Below are positions 1 to 10,939 of a stretch of DNA of 64,000 nucleotides, piece by piece. Each line of letters starts with the position of its first letter. Position 1 is the stretch's first letter. The translations under genes and the position numbers were made by a program. A model generated the notes under the pieces. It saw only the letters and a list, made by a program, of their open reading frames with translations, had not been told where the DNA came from and searched no databases. Location of the stretch: positions 1 through 64,000 of the forward strand of contig CDMY01000013.1 of NCBI GenBank assembly GCA_001179505.1, read 5' to 3'. Origin of the DNA: Vitrella brassicaformis CCMP3155. Taxonomy: Eukaryota; Protista; Chromerida.

Positions 1-99
1 GGATTTTGGCATGTGTTTTACGAGTCATACCGCTCTACCTACTGTTTTGGCACACTTGAGCGTTGACTGACTTTGCTGCCTGTCTTCCTGCCTCTGCCT

Positions 100-827
100 T
101 CATGTAAGTGGGTCGCCGATAAGCCCAGCCAGCCTGCATGTCACCGTGGGTCGCCGATAGCCCAGTTCGCCAAGGCCACGTGCCTTTTCGTGTTCGCCTT
201 CGTGTTTGCCTGCCTGCTTGTTTATGTTGGACCTCTCTGCCGCTCTTTTATCAACGCTCGTGATCTGTGGGACTCTGCTATCCACACAACAACTTCAACA
301 TCTGTGACTGTGTGTCGAAGAGTCTTTGATGAACATGTTGATCTCTCCATTTTTCTTGGCCATTTGTTGTTCCATGTCGTAGATGGCCGTCGTGGCTTTG
401 ATGGCGTCAGCCTTCAGTTGCTCGAGATAGCAGAGTTGCTCGTCCACAGGCTTAGCAGAGAGAGCTTGAAGTCGGTCGCGATGGTCGTATTTGACCACGC
501 CAGGTAGCTGCTCCTCAGCTGCTTGCAGCTCTTTCCAAGCTCTGCACAGGCTGGCAAGTGCCTTGACGGTGGAAGGGACGGGCATCTTTGCAGAATTCAT
601 CATGCACAATCCTGAATGACGGGAAAGGTGGGGGCAAGCGAGCGGGCCCCCTGGAGAAAAGGCAGTCTCTATCGGAGTCTCAACCGTTTCTCACCGCCCC
701 GCCTTCGTTTGAATCCTCCCCCTTCGTCTGATCCTCCGTTGCCTGAGGTTGTCTCTTGCGTGTGCGCTTCCTTCCCATCGAGCAGAAGAGACGGAGAGGA
801 TAGCTCAGTTTGTTGTCGACCTCGCAT
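100..827 (-). CDS. Hypothetical coiled-coil protein (spliced; 3' end uncertain), divergent from the RepHel gene
   Basis: ATG at 827 (MRGRQQTELSSPSLL...GGFKRRRG). A GT-AG intron at 694-612 joins it in frame to ORF 295-609 (LCRAWKELQAAEEQL...LEQLKADAIKATTAIYDMEQQMAKK), which is helical and coiled-coil-like. The frame resumes after the TGA at 295-297, so it is either degenerate or has a further intron. Confidence 0.4.
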
Positions 828-945
828 CGTGCCACCCCGTTCGGCGTGTGTCTGCATCTGTATACGCTGCAGTCGACAGCCCAAGTACGTGTGACCATCT
901 TTGCACTGAGCGAATCGTTGTGCAGTATCGGCCTCGCAGGATATC
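784..945. repeat. Dispersed repeat, copy 1 (partner at 14800-15042)
   Basis: 784-881 aligns to 14800-14889 with 7 mismatches and one 9-nt indel (cagaagagacggag.ggatagct.agtt.gtt...gcatcgtgccaccccgt.cggcgtgtgtctgc.tctgt.tacgctg.agtcgacagcc). A second block, 894-945, aligns to 14996-15042. Confidence 0.95.
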
Positions 946-1427
946 GATGATGATTGAAGCCGTCAGGGAAGAACGTAATGCTGTCGTCACCTGTTGCCTT
1001 GCACACGGTAGGGATGCAATGTATGCATGCTCGTTAGTCTACGAGAGTGTCCTGCGCGTGTGGATGCGTGTGTGTCCCCCCTTCAGAGGCTCATTGATTG
1101 TTGAGCAAGGCAAGGGGTGGAGGACATCATACGAGTTGAACTTGGCTGAACAGAGCGAGACGTTTGTGCAGACTCATAGGGCGTCAGACTCATGGAGACC
1201 GAGGAGAGCGACAGCGACGATTTCATGGATTGTCTATCCGACTCGGATTTCGTCCCATCTCAAGAAGGTGGTATGCAGAGTGACAACGATTATGGTGGCT
1301 TCTCGTCGTCACTGTTGGGTGAGAACGTATCTGAGGCCGAGGGTGAGAGTACCGCCTCCGAGACAGAAGCTTCTGATGTCGAAGATGACATGGAAGGAGG
1401 CCAAGAGGGATCTGCCGTTCCTGTCCT

Positions 1428-1830
1428 GTGCAAACTGCAATGAGCCCGGCTACAACTGTCGGAGTTGCCCTCTCGTCTGCCGACTGTGCTTTCAGGAAGG
1501 ATGCGGTAGAGGCCGTCGATGCCCCGAGTATTCTCAATATGCGGTTTATCGTCGACGAGGCTATGCTGCTAGGAGACGTGAGCCACTTCTGGATGCAGAG
1601 AGCGCTGCACGTGTTTTTGGGAGGCACTGCTGTCACAACTGCGGCCGAGTGCCCATCACGGACCACCACATTCCCATGCAGCTCACGGCCGTGCCGTCGA
1701 CACGGCTGTCATCGCACATACGACTCTCTACTCGACGGGGCTTCATTGGCCGATTTCCACGGATGCGTGACATCGGCCGGCAAGAGTATGTCTTGTGTGA
1801 TGAGTGTCTTCACCATCTCACATCGTCGAC
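1428..1830 (+). other. Zinc knuckle and Cys clusters in the N-terminal part of RepHel
   Basis: CANCNEPGYNCRSC (CX2CX4[H>Y]X4C), CRLCFQEGCGRGRRC, CCHNCGR...LCDECLHH. Confidence 0.65.
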
Positions 1831-4800
1831 AAACGAAGGGCCGTTTCATGACGTCGACCGGAGCACGTGATGTGTCGCCTGGCCGGCGATCCTCGCCCAC
1901 AGCATCGGCACTGGATCCATCGTCAATGCGAAAAGATCTTGTCGATTCTTCCTCAGTCGGTGACCCTTTTCTGGGCGGGTGCAGGTCATTTTTTCGACGT
2001 GTACAGCAGCTATCATGGTGATGGAGTACTGCTGTCTGCAATTTTGCTGCTCCGTGGCGATTTCACGTAAGGCACCTTGCTTGACGGCGTATGCAGAGTT
2101 GATTTCATTGATATTTTCTGCAGGTCACCTAGTTCGCAAGCCTCAGCACTGTTGGACATTTCCGTAGAGCGAGAGGCTATCATTGAGGCGATTGACGGGC
2201 TGGTCGGTTCAAATGCAGTGGCAGCATTTGATAGACACGTACCTCCAGAGGTGAGCGAGCCATGCACACTTGATTGCATTGTGTCTCCGCGGCAAGTGCG
2301 CATTGCATTGTTTCAACGCGTAGGTCCGGTGTCCGTTTGGCTGCTGGGAGTTCATTGAGCTCTCTGTTCTCTATTCAATGGGGCAGATCTGGCACCTGCT
2401 CGACGATACCTATGAGTCGCCCAAGAAAGGCGAGGGGATCGCAACAGACGGCTTTCGGACGGACTGGCTGACGTTTGTGATAGAGGACTTCTTCGGATGG
2501 CGCATCGGTCCGTGTGTGGCGTGGCGACGAGACATAGGGCTTGCCTACTGTTCGTGTCTCGAGCACGATCCAAAGAAGAAGGGGCCCATGCGGTTCCTTC
2601 ACGTGCCCAGAAACCCCTTCACGCCAGATGCCGTCGTGCCGACTGATGGAGACCGGCTGGCTCGAATCGTCCCCAAGCCCCATTGGTATCGCTTGAGGCG
2701 CCTGGGCAGCAACTCTGCCGCCACCAGCATGCACTTTGTGAATGTGGCCTACGACGGCATGTCCGGCTTCAGCCTCGTAAACCGAGCGCGTTTTGACCGC
2801 CAAGATTGGCGGCTTTTCGCCCTCGAGGGGTCAATCCTCAGCTGCAACCGGCAGCTGCGTGAGTATCACCTAACTCACGAGGACCCGGCGCATGCCCAGT
2901 GGGCTGAGGAGCACCTGGAAGGCTACTCTCGCGAGTTCCCTTTCGAAGCAGCACGTGCAGAAGAGCAGCCGTTCCGTGGTGTGGAGTCGTGTGGAGCAAC
3001 GTATGTGTCGTCGACCGATGCGCTCGACGATTATACGGCTTTCATGGCCTCGGACTCTATCGATGTGGATCGACCGGGTGGAGTGGGAGCGGCGCAAGGG
3101 CAGACCGACCGAACGAGCCCCGCAGCCTCCGGCGGCGCAGATGGAGGAGACAACGACGATTCCAATGTCCGTCGGGCCAATCAACGGCCCATCATCTTGC
3201 GCCCGCTTTGTTTGGTCCATCCAACCACTTCGCACGGTGCGGCAATTTACGCGATCCCATGTCTCAACCACCAATTCGGCGACCTTTGGCTTTTCGCGCG
3301 GCTCATGACCATGTCTCTTCTCTCTGCCTGGCGTTTGATGGTGGGGCGGATCAAGGCCGTGCAGCCTGTCCAGCATCCTCCTGCAGCAGCTGCGCACGCC
3401 CCAGGGACACAGAACCCCCCGCCCCCCAACAACAGCAGCAACACCAGCAGTGGACACGCAAGCACCACTAACGGAGGCCGTGCGTTGGATCCTCACTTGA
3501 TGGAGCGCCTCTGGCTGACAGACGCCGTCAACTTTGCAGTGGGCATTGTGGAGGGGCGAAGCCTACGCAACGAGCAGAGACGTGGCCGCGGCCGACAGCC
3601 AGCGACAAGCTACTCACGTTTTACGTCGTGGTTCTCACGGGCGATTGGTCGTCAGCCGTTCTCTCCCAACATGCTGCTGAGCGGGTTCCTCTGCTGGGAG
3701 GGCGTGAGGTGTGTGCCGTGGCTGACACCCCGCAGCGAGGGGATCACTCAGGAGGCCATTCACCGCGTCCTGAGTGGAACCGTCTTTCGTCAGCAGGACA
3801 GCGTGCTTCCAGTGCCCGATGTGTTGCTGTTGATGAACAACCAGCTGCCTGCGCAGGGGGATGTCTCCCTTGGTAAGATGCATGGATGTGGGTGACGGGA
3901 TAAATGGGCGCGTGAGTGCATGTGTCTAGGTCTCTGTATGGCGCTGAGTCAATGTGCTTGGTGTCATTTTGAATGTGTGGTGCAGCTACGGTCCCCGATA
4001 TGGTTCATAGCTTCGTGTTCCGCGGGGAGGCGTTTGATATGGTCTGCATCGTCTCGGTTCTCCCACGGGATCCGGAGGCTCATCTGACTACCGTCGAACT
4101 TCGCCACGCCGCACCAAGCTACAAGACAGCGGCTCTGATGCGGTGGAGCCGAGACCATCCGGGCCTGTGGTTTGCTAATGATGGACATGTCCCTCAACGA
4201 GCGGACGCCCTACTGCAGCGGCCGGAGGCTAGACAATGTGCTGCTACAGTCGCCGCCTCATCGACTACAGCCATGCACGTTCGGTATGGTGCGGCGGTTC
4301 CTGAGGATGCGGTCCTTCGCCAGCGTGAGCTGATGAGTGGCCAGGCCGTTGCCAGGTGTCACGAGCACTCCAACTACTTCCTGTGCGTCGTGTCTCCGAT
4401 GTCGCCGGTCCAAGAGTCGGTGCATTGCTGCCACCCACCCTATGATCCGACTGAGGACGGCATGACAGTCCGGCCAGCAACGTGCCAAGCCAAGGTTGTA
4501 CGATTCACTTGTCCGTACAAGTCTCACTGCGGCAGTGCTGTGAGCTGGCAGTGTCCGGTCGGTCTCTGCAAGCAGCACTTCACAGACGTCAGCCGGCAGG
4601 TCGAAGAGGGATCTGTATCTATTTGTTTCCGTCCCCGGCCCCCGCCGTCCGGCCCTTCAGCAGCACCCCGCCCATCTGCAGCCGCGGCCCCTCCCCAGGA
4701 AAAGGAGGTTCGAAGGGACGACGACGAGAGGGAGGCGGCCGCTCAGCGTGACCGGCAGGAGTGGGAGGCAATCAATGCGGCACTGCAATCGGGGCCGCTT

Positions 4801-5601
4801 GACGAACAGCCAGTGTGTGACGAGAGCGAGAATCCGGACGAGCACCGGGAGCGTGCCGCATGGCGGGCGACAGTGGACGATGCAGTCACGAACGTGGGGC
4901 CTCCCGAGTTCGGCACCGATGATGCGGCGGCCGACGCCAGGCTGATGGACCCGGACAGCAGCGAGCTCCCCCTCTATTCGGTCAGCCCGCATGGCGACCG
5001 CGTGTGGGCGCACCTGGTTCTTAACCCGTGCCTTCGACTCTTGCGACGGCGCTCGAAGCACGATACGCGGATGACCCTGTCGGCCGAGCGCTTTCTGCAG
5101 ACGCTTGTGGCCAAGGACGGTGCTCGTCGGGCCAAGTTGGAGTCCCCGGAAGCCTTGCTGTTTCCGAGTGTCTTCTTTGCAGACAAGGACGACTATACGG
5201 CGCTTGGGGCCCTTCCGGCCTCCATGCTGGCCTCTTCAACGTGGAACAAACAACGGCGGATCGCCTCCGCTATGGACCATTTCCGAATACGTCTTTGCGA
5301 CCACTCGCTTGCGACGGCGCGCAGCGACAACTACATCGCCTTCATGTACAATATCAAGACCGACATGGAGCTGTCGCACACTCATTCGGCGCTGGTGCTC
5401 AACCGAGGCCCGGAGTTTCTGCAGACGCGTCGAGACGGCCAGGCTAGGGAGGCGACGGACACGGCACTACCGATGGATGCGACAGAGGCCCGGAGGCGAG
5501 TCCGCGAGGTGAATGCCTGGACCGAGGTCGGTAGCGGCATCACCAACGAGAAGATCTCTACGGAGGAGCTGCTGCGGCCACTGGTGACTGGCAGGGAGCT
5601 T

Positions 5602-6665
5602 CCCACATACTTCTACACTGTGACACTCAATATGTCTCAGCAATTCGGTATGTAATCGAAAACTAACCGTATCCATCAATCAGTGTGTCTCTGTACATGT
5701 GTGTGTCTGTGTATGTGTCTCTTCGTCGCATCTCGTGTCTATGTGCATCGACAGGCTTCGCCAGGCTCTACAATCGCATCGTCGATCTGTACACGGACAC
5801 CGCCGGCAACAGAGATGAGGACGCTATTCATTCCTTCATGCCGCTGTTGCTGCGCTGCTGGTATCGGGTCTTTAAGTGGATCATCCGCTACATTAACGAG
5901 AGCGGCATCGCTGGCGAAATCCTCAAACACTGGATACGGTAAGGCACTTTTTGACGGAGCAAGGGTGTCTTGGCTGCGTGCGTGTCGTGCAGGGTAGAGT
6001 TTCAGGCCCTCATGGGGCACTTCCCTCATCTGCACGGCCTGCTGGCCACCTTCGAGGACCGCCTATCGACGATCGTCACCGATCGGGTCATCGCATCGAC
6101 CGACTTCATGGCGGCCCGCCGATCGTCGGACGTCGGCAAGCAGCAGCAGTATCCCATGGAGCACTTCACTGAGGACCGGCGGCTGCTGCGTGACCCTAAG
6201 GATCTGCAGAACCTTGAGGATTTCATCAACGAGCACCACCGCCACAACTGCCACACTGCGGGAGGGCGGTGCCTGAAGGAGGTGCTGGACCGGGACGGCA
6301 ACGTGAAGAAAATCTGTCGCCGGACACGGAACCGTGTGACCAACCAGCACATCTACGAGCGCATCACCTCAAACCACTCCGCCGAGACACTGAAGATACT
6401 AAGGGAATGGGGGCTGACAGAGGAGTCGGTGGAGCGGGCCGTCTATGTGAGCGGCCTCGACGGTAGAAGCCCCACTGCTGATGGCAGTGAGTACCCGCTG
6501 GAGCGCCCAGTGGTGGAGCTGGAGGGCGGCAAGCATTTTGCGCCGTCCGTGAGAGGCGACGAGGACATGTCTCCCTTTTTTCCGCCCCTGGCTGCTCTAC
6601 TGAAAGCATCCATCAACGTGCAGATCGTTGATTTCTTCTTCAGCGGTGGATATTTGGACAAGTAC
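5602..6665 (+). other. HUH Rep (rolling-circle initiator) domain
   Basis: Motif 1 PTYFYTVTLN (5602). Motif 2 VEFQALMGHFPHLHGLL (5994-6045). HxCH...C segment. Motif 3 YLDKY (6651). Confidence 0.85.
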
Positions 6666-8499
6666 GTACATCAACAGGCGCTGCGTGTCTCCCCGGCATG
6701 TTCGTGGATCGATGGTGTGATGTCTCGACACACAAACAGATACGCAGCGGGCGCCGAGGAGAATGCCAAGGCGATATTGAGAGTGGACAAGGACTCTGAC
6801 AAGAATGTGCTGACCGACGTCCGTGTGGACGGCCAGAGCATGCAGAATCTCAAGATCAGCGGCGTGCAGATAGCGGCTTCTCAGAAAGCAGGCCAGCCAG
6901 GTGCGGAGGATGCTGAGACGGCACCGGCTCACCAGCGCAAGAAGCAGGCGAGGAAGACAGACAGCAAGGACAACAAAAAGAAGGGCCGCCACCGCGACGA
7001 GCGGCATCGAGAGGCACTCAAGGTGTGCATAGCCCAGATGCTCTGGGACCTGCACGACTATCCCTACGTCGTCTCGTCCGTCGAATTCGTCCACGTGAAC
7101 TCGTGCCCGCCCGAGCAGCGGTGCGGGTTCACCCCTAAAAACACCAGCTTGTCCGCGAATGCAGTGCAGAACGCGCCCTAACAGCCGCGGCCCGCCAACC
7201 CACAGGGGTTCCGATCTGGTACCTCGCCCATTCCCATAGAGACACGGCAGCGCGACCTCGCCAACGTGCCGTGGCGGCAGTTTACCGAGCCTCAGCATGG
7301 GATCCTGTACGACCTCTTTACTACCTGGAAGCCACTGGATAAACTGGCCGTCTTCGGCATTCGGCATCCCGAGCTGCTGTGGATCGACAGCCTCGAGGAG
7401 TACTTCAAGTGAGTTTTTCATGGATACACCTTCACCTCCTGGACTCTAACGTGAATGTAATGTGTGGGTGTCTCAGGTGGCTGGTCATCTCTGCACGGCC
7501 GCAACTCAGCAGCCGGCAAACATACAACTCCTCTGTCTCTGAGGACGTTGCCGCCGTGCGGTTCGTCGACGGCAGTTTGCAGACGATCAGATTTCGACAG
7601 CGGTACCTCGAGGAAGCCAGGCGGGCCTGCCGCACACGCTGCTGTTCTGACGTGCGCCACGCTTCTCACGCGCCCATGGTGGAGCTGCTGGATCGCCTAG
7701 TGCGCTCCGTGGTGGACCTGAGCACGGGAAAACCCGACGTGGACGTCGAGCTTATCGACCGCTTCGTCAGCCGTGAGCCGAGACACAATGATCGTCCCAT
7801 CGCGATCGTCTTCTCATCTATTCGGCCGAGCAACCCGCACAAGTTCCTCATCCACCTCCTGTACAGGTTCGGGCGCTTCACGTGCGACATGGACCTGTTC
7901 GAGGTGTCGAGTCTGCGCGAGAGCTTCATCCATGCGGGGCTGCTAAACGATCGACCCGACGACAACACGGAGGCTACGGCGAGAGACGCTGATCGGCTGC
8001 TGCGGCTCTGAGCGCGGCGGGAGCTGTTCAACGGGTCGTTCACCACCAAGGCGTTCGATGCCGCCCTCGAGATGGCAAAGGCTACCATCTTCGACCTGTT
8101 TCTCGGGCGGCCCATCCAGCTGCCCGGGGTGCCGCTGGTCGACATGGCATCCTTGCAGTGGGAGTTCGAGGAGTCTGTCAAGGAGGCATGGAAGGAGCGC
8201 CGCAAGCGCCTGAGTGTGGCCCTGGCGGGAGTGCTCGACGTGCCGGCAGCGCAGCGGCCACAGCTGCTGACGACACTGCAGGAGTCGACTCTGCGGCAGC
8301 CCTACCTCCCTCTCCGTCCGACACCTCTATCTGCGGGCCCCACACCATCAGCACAACAGCCGCGCTGGCAGCCTAACATCCAGCGGGCCGTGTCCATGGG
8401 GCAGACGACCGCATCATTCGACGAGCAAACGGAGGCCTACCACGTCGGCCAAGAGATTCTGGACGCTGCGAAGAGCGGGCTCCTCTCGTGGGTGCCCGG

Positions 8500-9830
8500 C
8501 CTGGTGCTCGTCGGACGGGCCGGCAGCGGGAAGACCCACGTGATGTGCGAGTTGGCCATGTACGCCATCGGGCTCGGGTTTGACATCGAGATCACGGCGC
8601 TATCCTCTAAACGCGCGCAGCAGTTCGGAGGCCTCCACGCTCACAAGCTCTTTGACCTCCCGGCGCACCAGAGCAACTTCCCGCCTCAGGTGCAGGCAAA
8701 GACGGCCATCGCCTCCCTCAGCCGCTCGCCGATCCGCTGGAACCTGCTCAAGGTCACTCACTGCTTTTTCATTGAGGAAGTGGGCCTGCTGAGTGCACAG
8801 ACCATCGCGGCAATCGACTGCATCCTTCGCTATGTCCTCAACAACCAGGTGCCCTTCGGTGGGGCCATCTTCGTCGGCACAGGAGCGGTCTGCCAGCTGT
8901 CTCAGCTGGGCGGAGACACCTTCTGGTCGTCCACCTATCTCATCACCTGCTTTCGCGTAGCGGTCCTCAAGCACGGCATCCGCTTTCTGGACCAGTGGCA
9001 GGAGGAGGTGGTGGATATCCTTGAGCGGCCACGCAACACTCCGCAGGAAATCGCCCGGGTCGTCCAGCTCGTCGCCCAAGAATGCAACTACGTCCAGCGA
9101 TGAGAGGACATTCCTGTAGCGGCCATCATAGTTTTCAGCAGGCACGAGGCGGAGAACGCCGCTGTCGACCGCTTCGTTCAGGGAGTGCAGCGAACCACCA
9201 ATGTTGTGATGCACACGGTGAATGCCATCGATGAGGTGTCAGACCTGCCTGGCAGGTACGCAGAGACACAAGGGTCTACATGTGATGTGAAGACGTGCGC
9301 GTGTCGCGTCAGGTGGAGGATAACTCGAGACACGCGAGTGAGCAAACGGCTGTCGAGCCACGTCGCCGAGGTGCAGCAACTTAAACTCTGGGATGGAGCC
9401 TACATGCGCTTCACCAGCAACGTCAACGACCGAGGCATCTCTAACGGACGTCTGTGCTATGTGGAGGACTCCTCACATGCCGGTGACCTCCAGACATCGC
9501 ATGTGGTTGTCCGTCTCTGCCCTCGGACGATCGACATCTCGTAGCTGCAGACAATCACACCAGCAGTCATCCAACAGTGCCCGCAGGTGCGAGTGCCCCG
9601 TGTCGCTACAGTTGGCATGCAGCTCGATCACCGCGGCACCATGGGCCGTCGCAACATGTTTCCGCTCGTCCATCATACCGCCTACACCATCCACAAGGCC
9701 ATCGGAGACACAGTCCCCCTGCTCGGCACCCGCATCATTTCAAGGCTCGTCGCTTCAAGACATCTGTATCACCTCTGGGAGAAAGCGCAGCTCCTGGTAC
9801 TCCTGTCTTGTACGATGCGCCTCAACCGTA
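8500..9830 (+). other. PIF1-family SF1B helicase domain
   Basis: Walker A GRAGSGKT (8513), Walker B FIEEVGLLS (8768), PFGG...G(A)VCQL, NGRLCYV, FPL...YTIHKAIGDT (9659-9712), and motif VI QLLVLLSC (normally Q.YVALSR). Confidence 0.92.
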
Positions 9831-10039
9831 TCTACTTCAACAACACCCAGGCTGAGGTTACCGCTGCCATCGAGCAGCTGATGCGGGAGAGGTCTGCCTG
9901 GCTGGCGCACTGCCTGGCCAAGGTCAGAGCGCTGGACTGTCTCTCTACGAGAGCTTCCACCACCGGACAGAGCAGGCCTCTTGTAGTCGACTACAGCCAG
10001 TTCCCGTTCTCTCGGCGGATGATCGACATCCCGAATGAC

Positions 10040-10290
10040 AATGTGGGATACGCTTACGCTCTGGGCAGCACGCGCGACGACTCCGAGTTCTACATCGGCT
10101 CGACCAACCGCCTGCAAGACCGCCTCGCCGAGCACAACAGCGGGCAGGGGCCGCCCTTTACACAGCGGCTGCATTTGCGCCCCTGGTATCTTATCGGGTA
10201 TGTGGCGGGGTTTGGCGACTCGGGCGACGTCGACAGCAACAAGGCCTCACGGCGAGACTTCGAAGCCCGCTGGGATCATCGCATGAAGCT
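10040..10290 (+). other. GIY-YIG endonuclease domain (SLX1/UPF0213-like), in frame at the helicase C-terminus
   Basis: VGYAYALGS...FYIGSTNRLQDRLAEHNSGQG..FT...RPWYLIGYVAGF...RRDFEARW, in the same ORF (9587-10330) as helicase motifs V and VI. Confidence 0.88.
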
Positions 10291-10349
10291 CGCCCCGTCG
10301 TGTATCCATCAGAGGAACAGCTGCGATTGACGACATTGTCGCCCACATG

Positions 10350-10401
10350 AATGATCTCGTCTCGCACTTTCTCGCAATGATCTCGTCTCGCACTTTCTCG
10401 C
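10350..10401. repeat. Perfect 26-bp tandem duplication
   Basis: aatgatctcgtctcgcactttctcgc x2 (10350-10375 and 10376-10401). Confidence 0.97.
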
Positions 10402-10859
10402 GAACGGCGCCAGACCTCATCAGTGCAGCGGGCTCACGGGCGTGGTATGTGTCGAGCCAGTGCAAGCGCCCTCTTCCCGTCCATCCGACTGAGGTTACGA
10501 GCTATGTGTATGCTTCTTTTGAGGCGTTCTCTATAGGATATCTGCGTAGAGTGCAGAGAGACATGGTCTGTTTGCCATTGTGGGACTTTCAGCTATTGTG
10601 ACACCAAGCAAATCAGGGTCTTTGCCCGTGTGAACCAAATCAAAGCACGGCGGCGCTGTGTGCTTTCTGTTCAGCAAATTCATGCACTCACATATATCAT
10701 ATATATCAGCAGCAGCAACCTGAGGTCTTTGCCCCTTGTCGAGCGACGAAAATACGGCATATCGGCTCATGTCTTTCTGTGGAATAGCCTATGAATCAAA
10801 AGGTATACTGTTAAAGCTTATATGTATATATTCCCACACAAACATACATAGATACATAC

Positions 10860-10885
10860 CTATCTATCTATCTATCTATCTATCT
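10860..10885. repeat. (CTAT)n microsatellite in the AT-rich spacer between convergent genes
   Basis: ctatctatctatctatctatctatct. Confidence 0.9.
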
Positions 10886-10939
10886 GCAGCAAACATACAT
10901 ACATACGTACATGTTTGATGTGTGTGTGTGCGCTTCGGT

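Larger units (their letters stand above)
1192..10492 (+). pseudogene. RepHel-GIY-YIG polyprotein gene (~2,900 aa reconstructed), disrupted
   Basis: Frame-compatible GT-AG introns at 2067-2123, 2251-2323, 3873-3985, 5648-5754, 5939-5992, 7409-7476 and 9256-9312 link ORFs 1867, 2077, 2378, 3973, 5685, 5970, 7379, 8072, 9185 and 9587. In-frame stops at 7179 (TAA), 8009 (TGA), 9101 (TGA) and 9542 (TAG), with the frame continuing after each. Frameshifts near 1425, 1865 and 10325. Confidence 0.85.
784..10700 (+). mobile_element. Helitron-like rolling-circle transposon (degenerate; termini not defined)
   Basis: Encodes HUH Rep motifs plus a PIF1 helicase in the order diagnostic of Helitron RepHel. 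Multiple in-frame stops and frameshifts. The boundaries given are guesses. Confidence 0.85.

Noticed and set aside
1428-1545. Retroelement gag gene suggested by the zinc knuckle
   Set aside because: No protease, reverse transcriptase, integrase or LTRs follow; the knuckle links to the Rep-helicase gene.
6597-9214. Long antisense ORFs (6597-7421, 7666-8205, 8600-9214) as separate genes
   Set aside because: They are shadow frames of GC-rich coding sequence with no motifs. The same applies to 39709-40749, 56424-57852 and 61139-62186.
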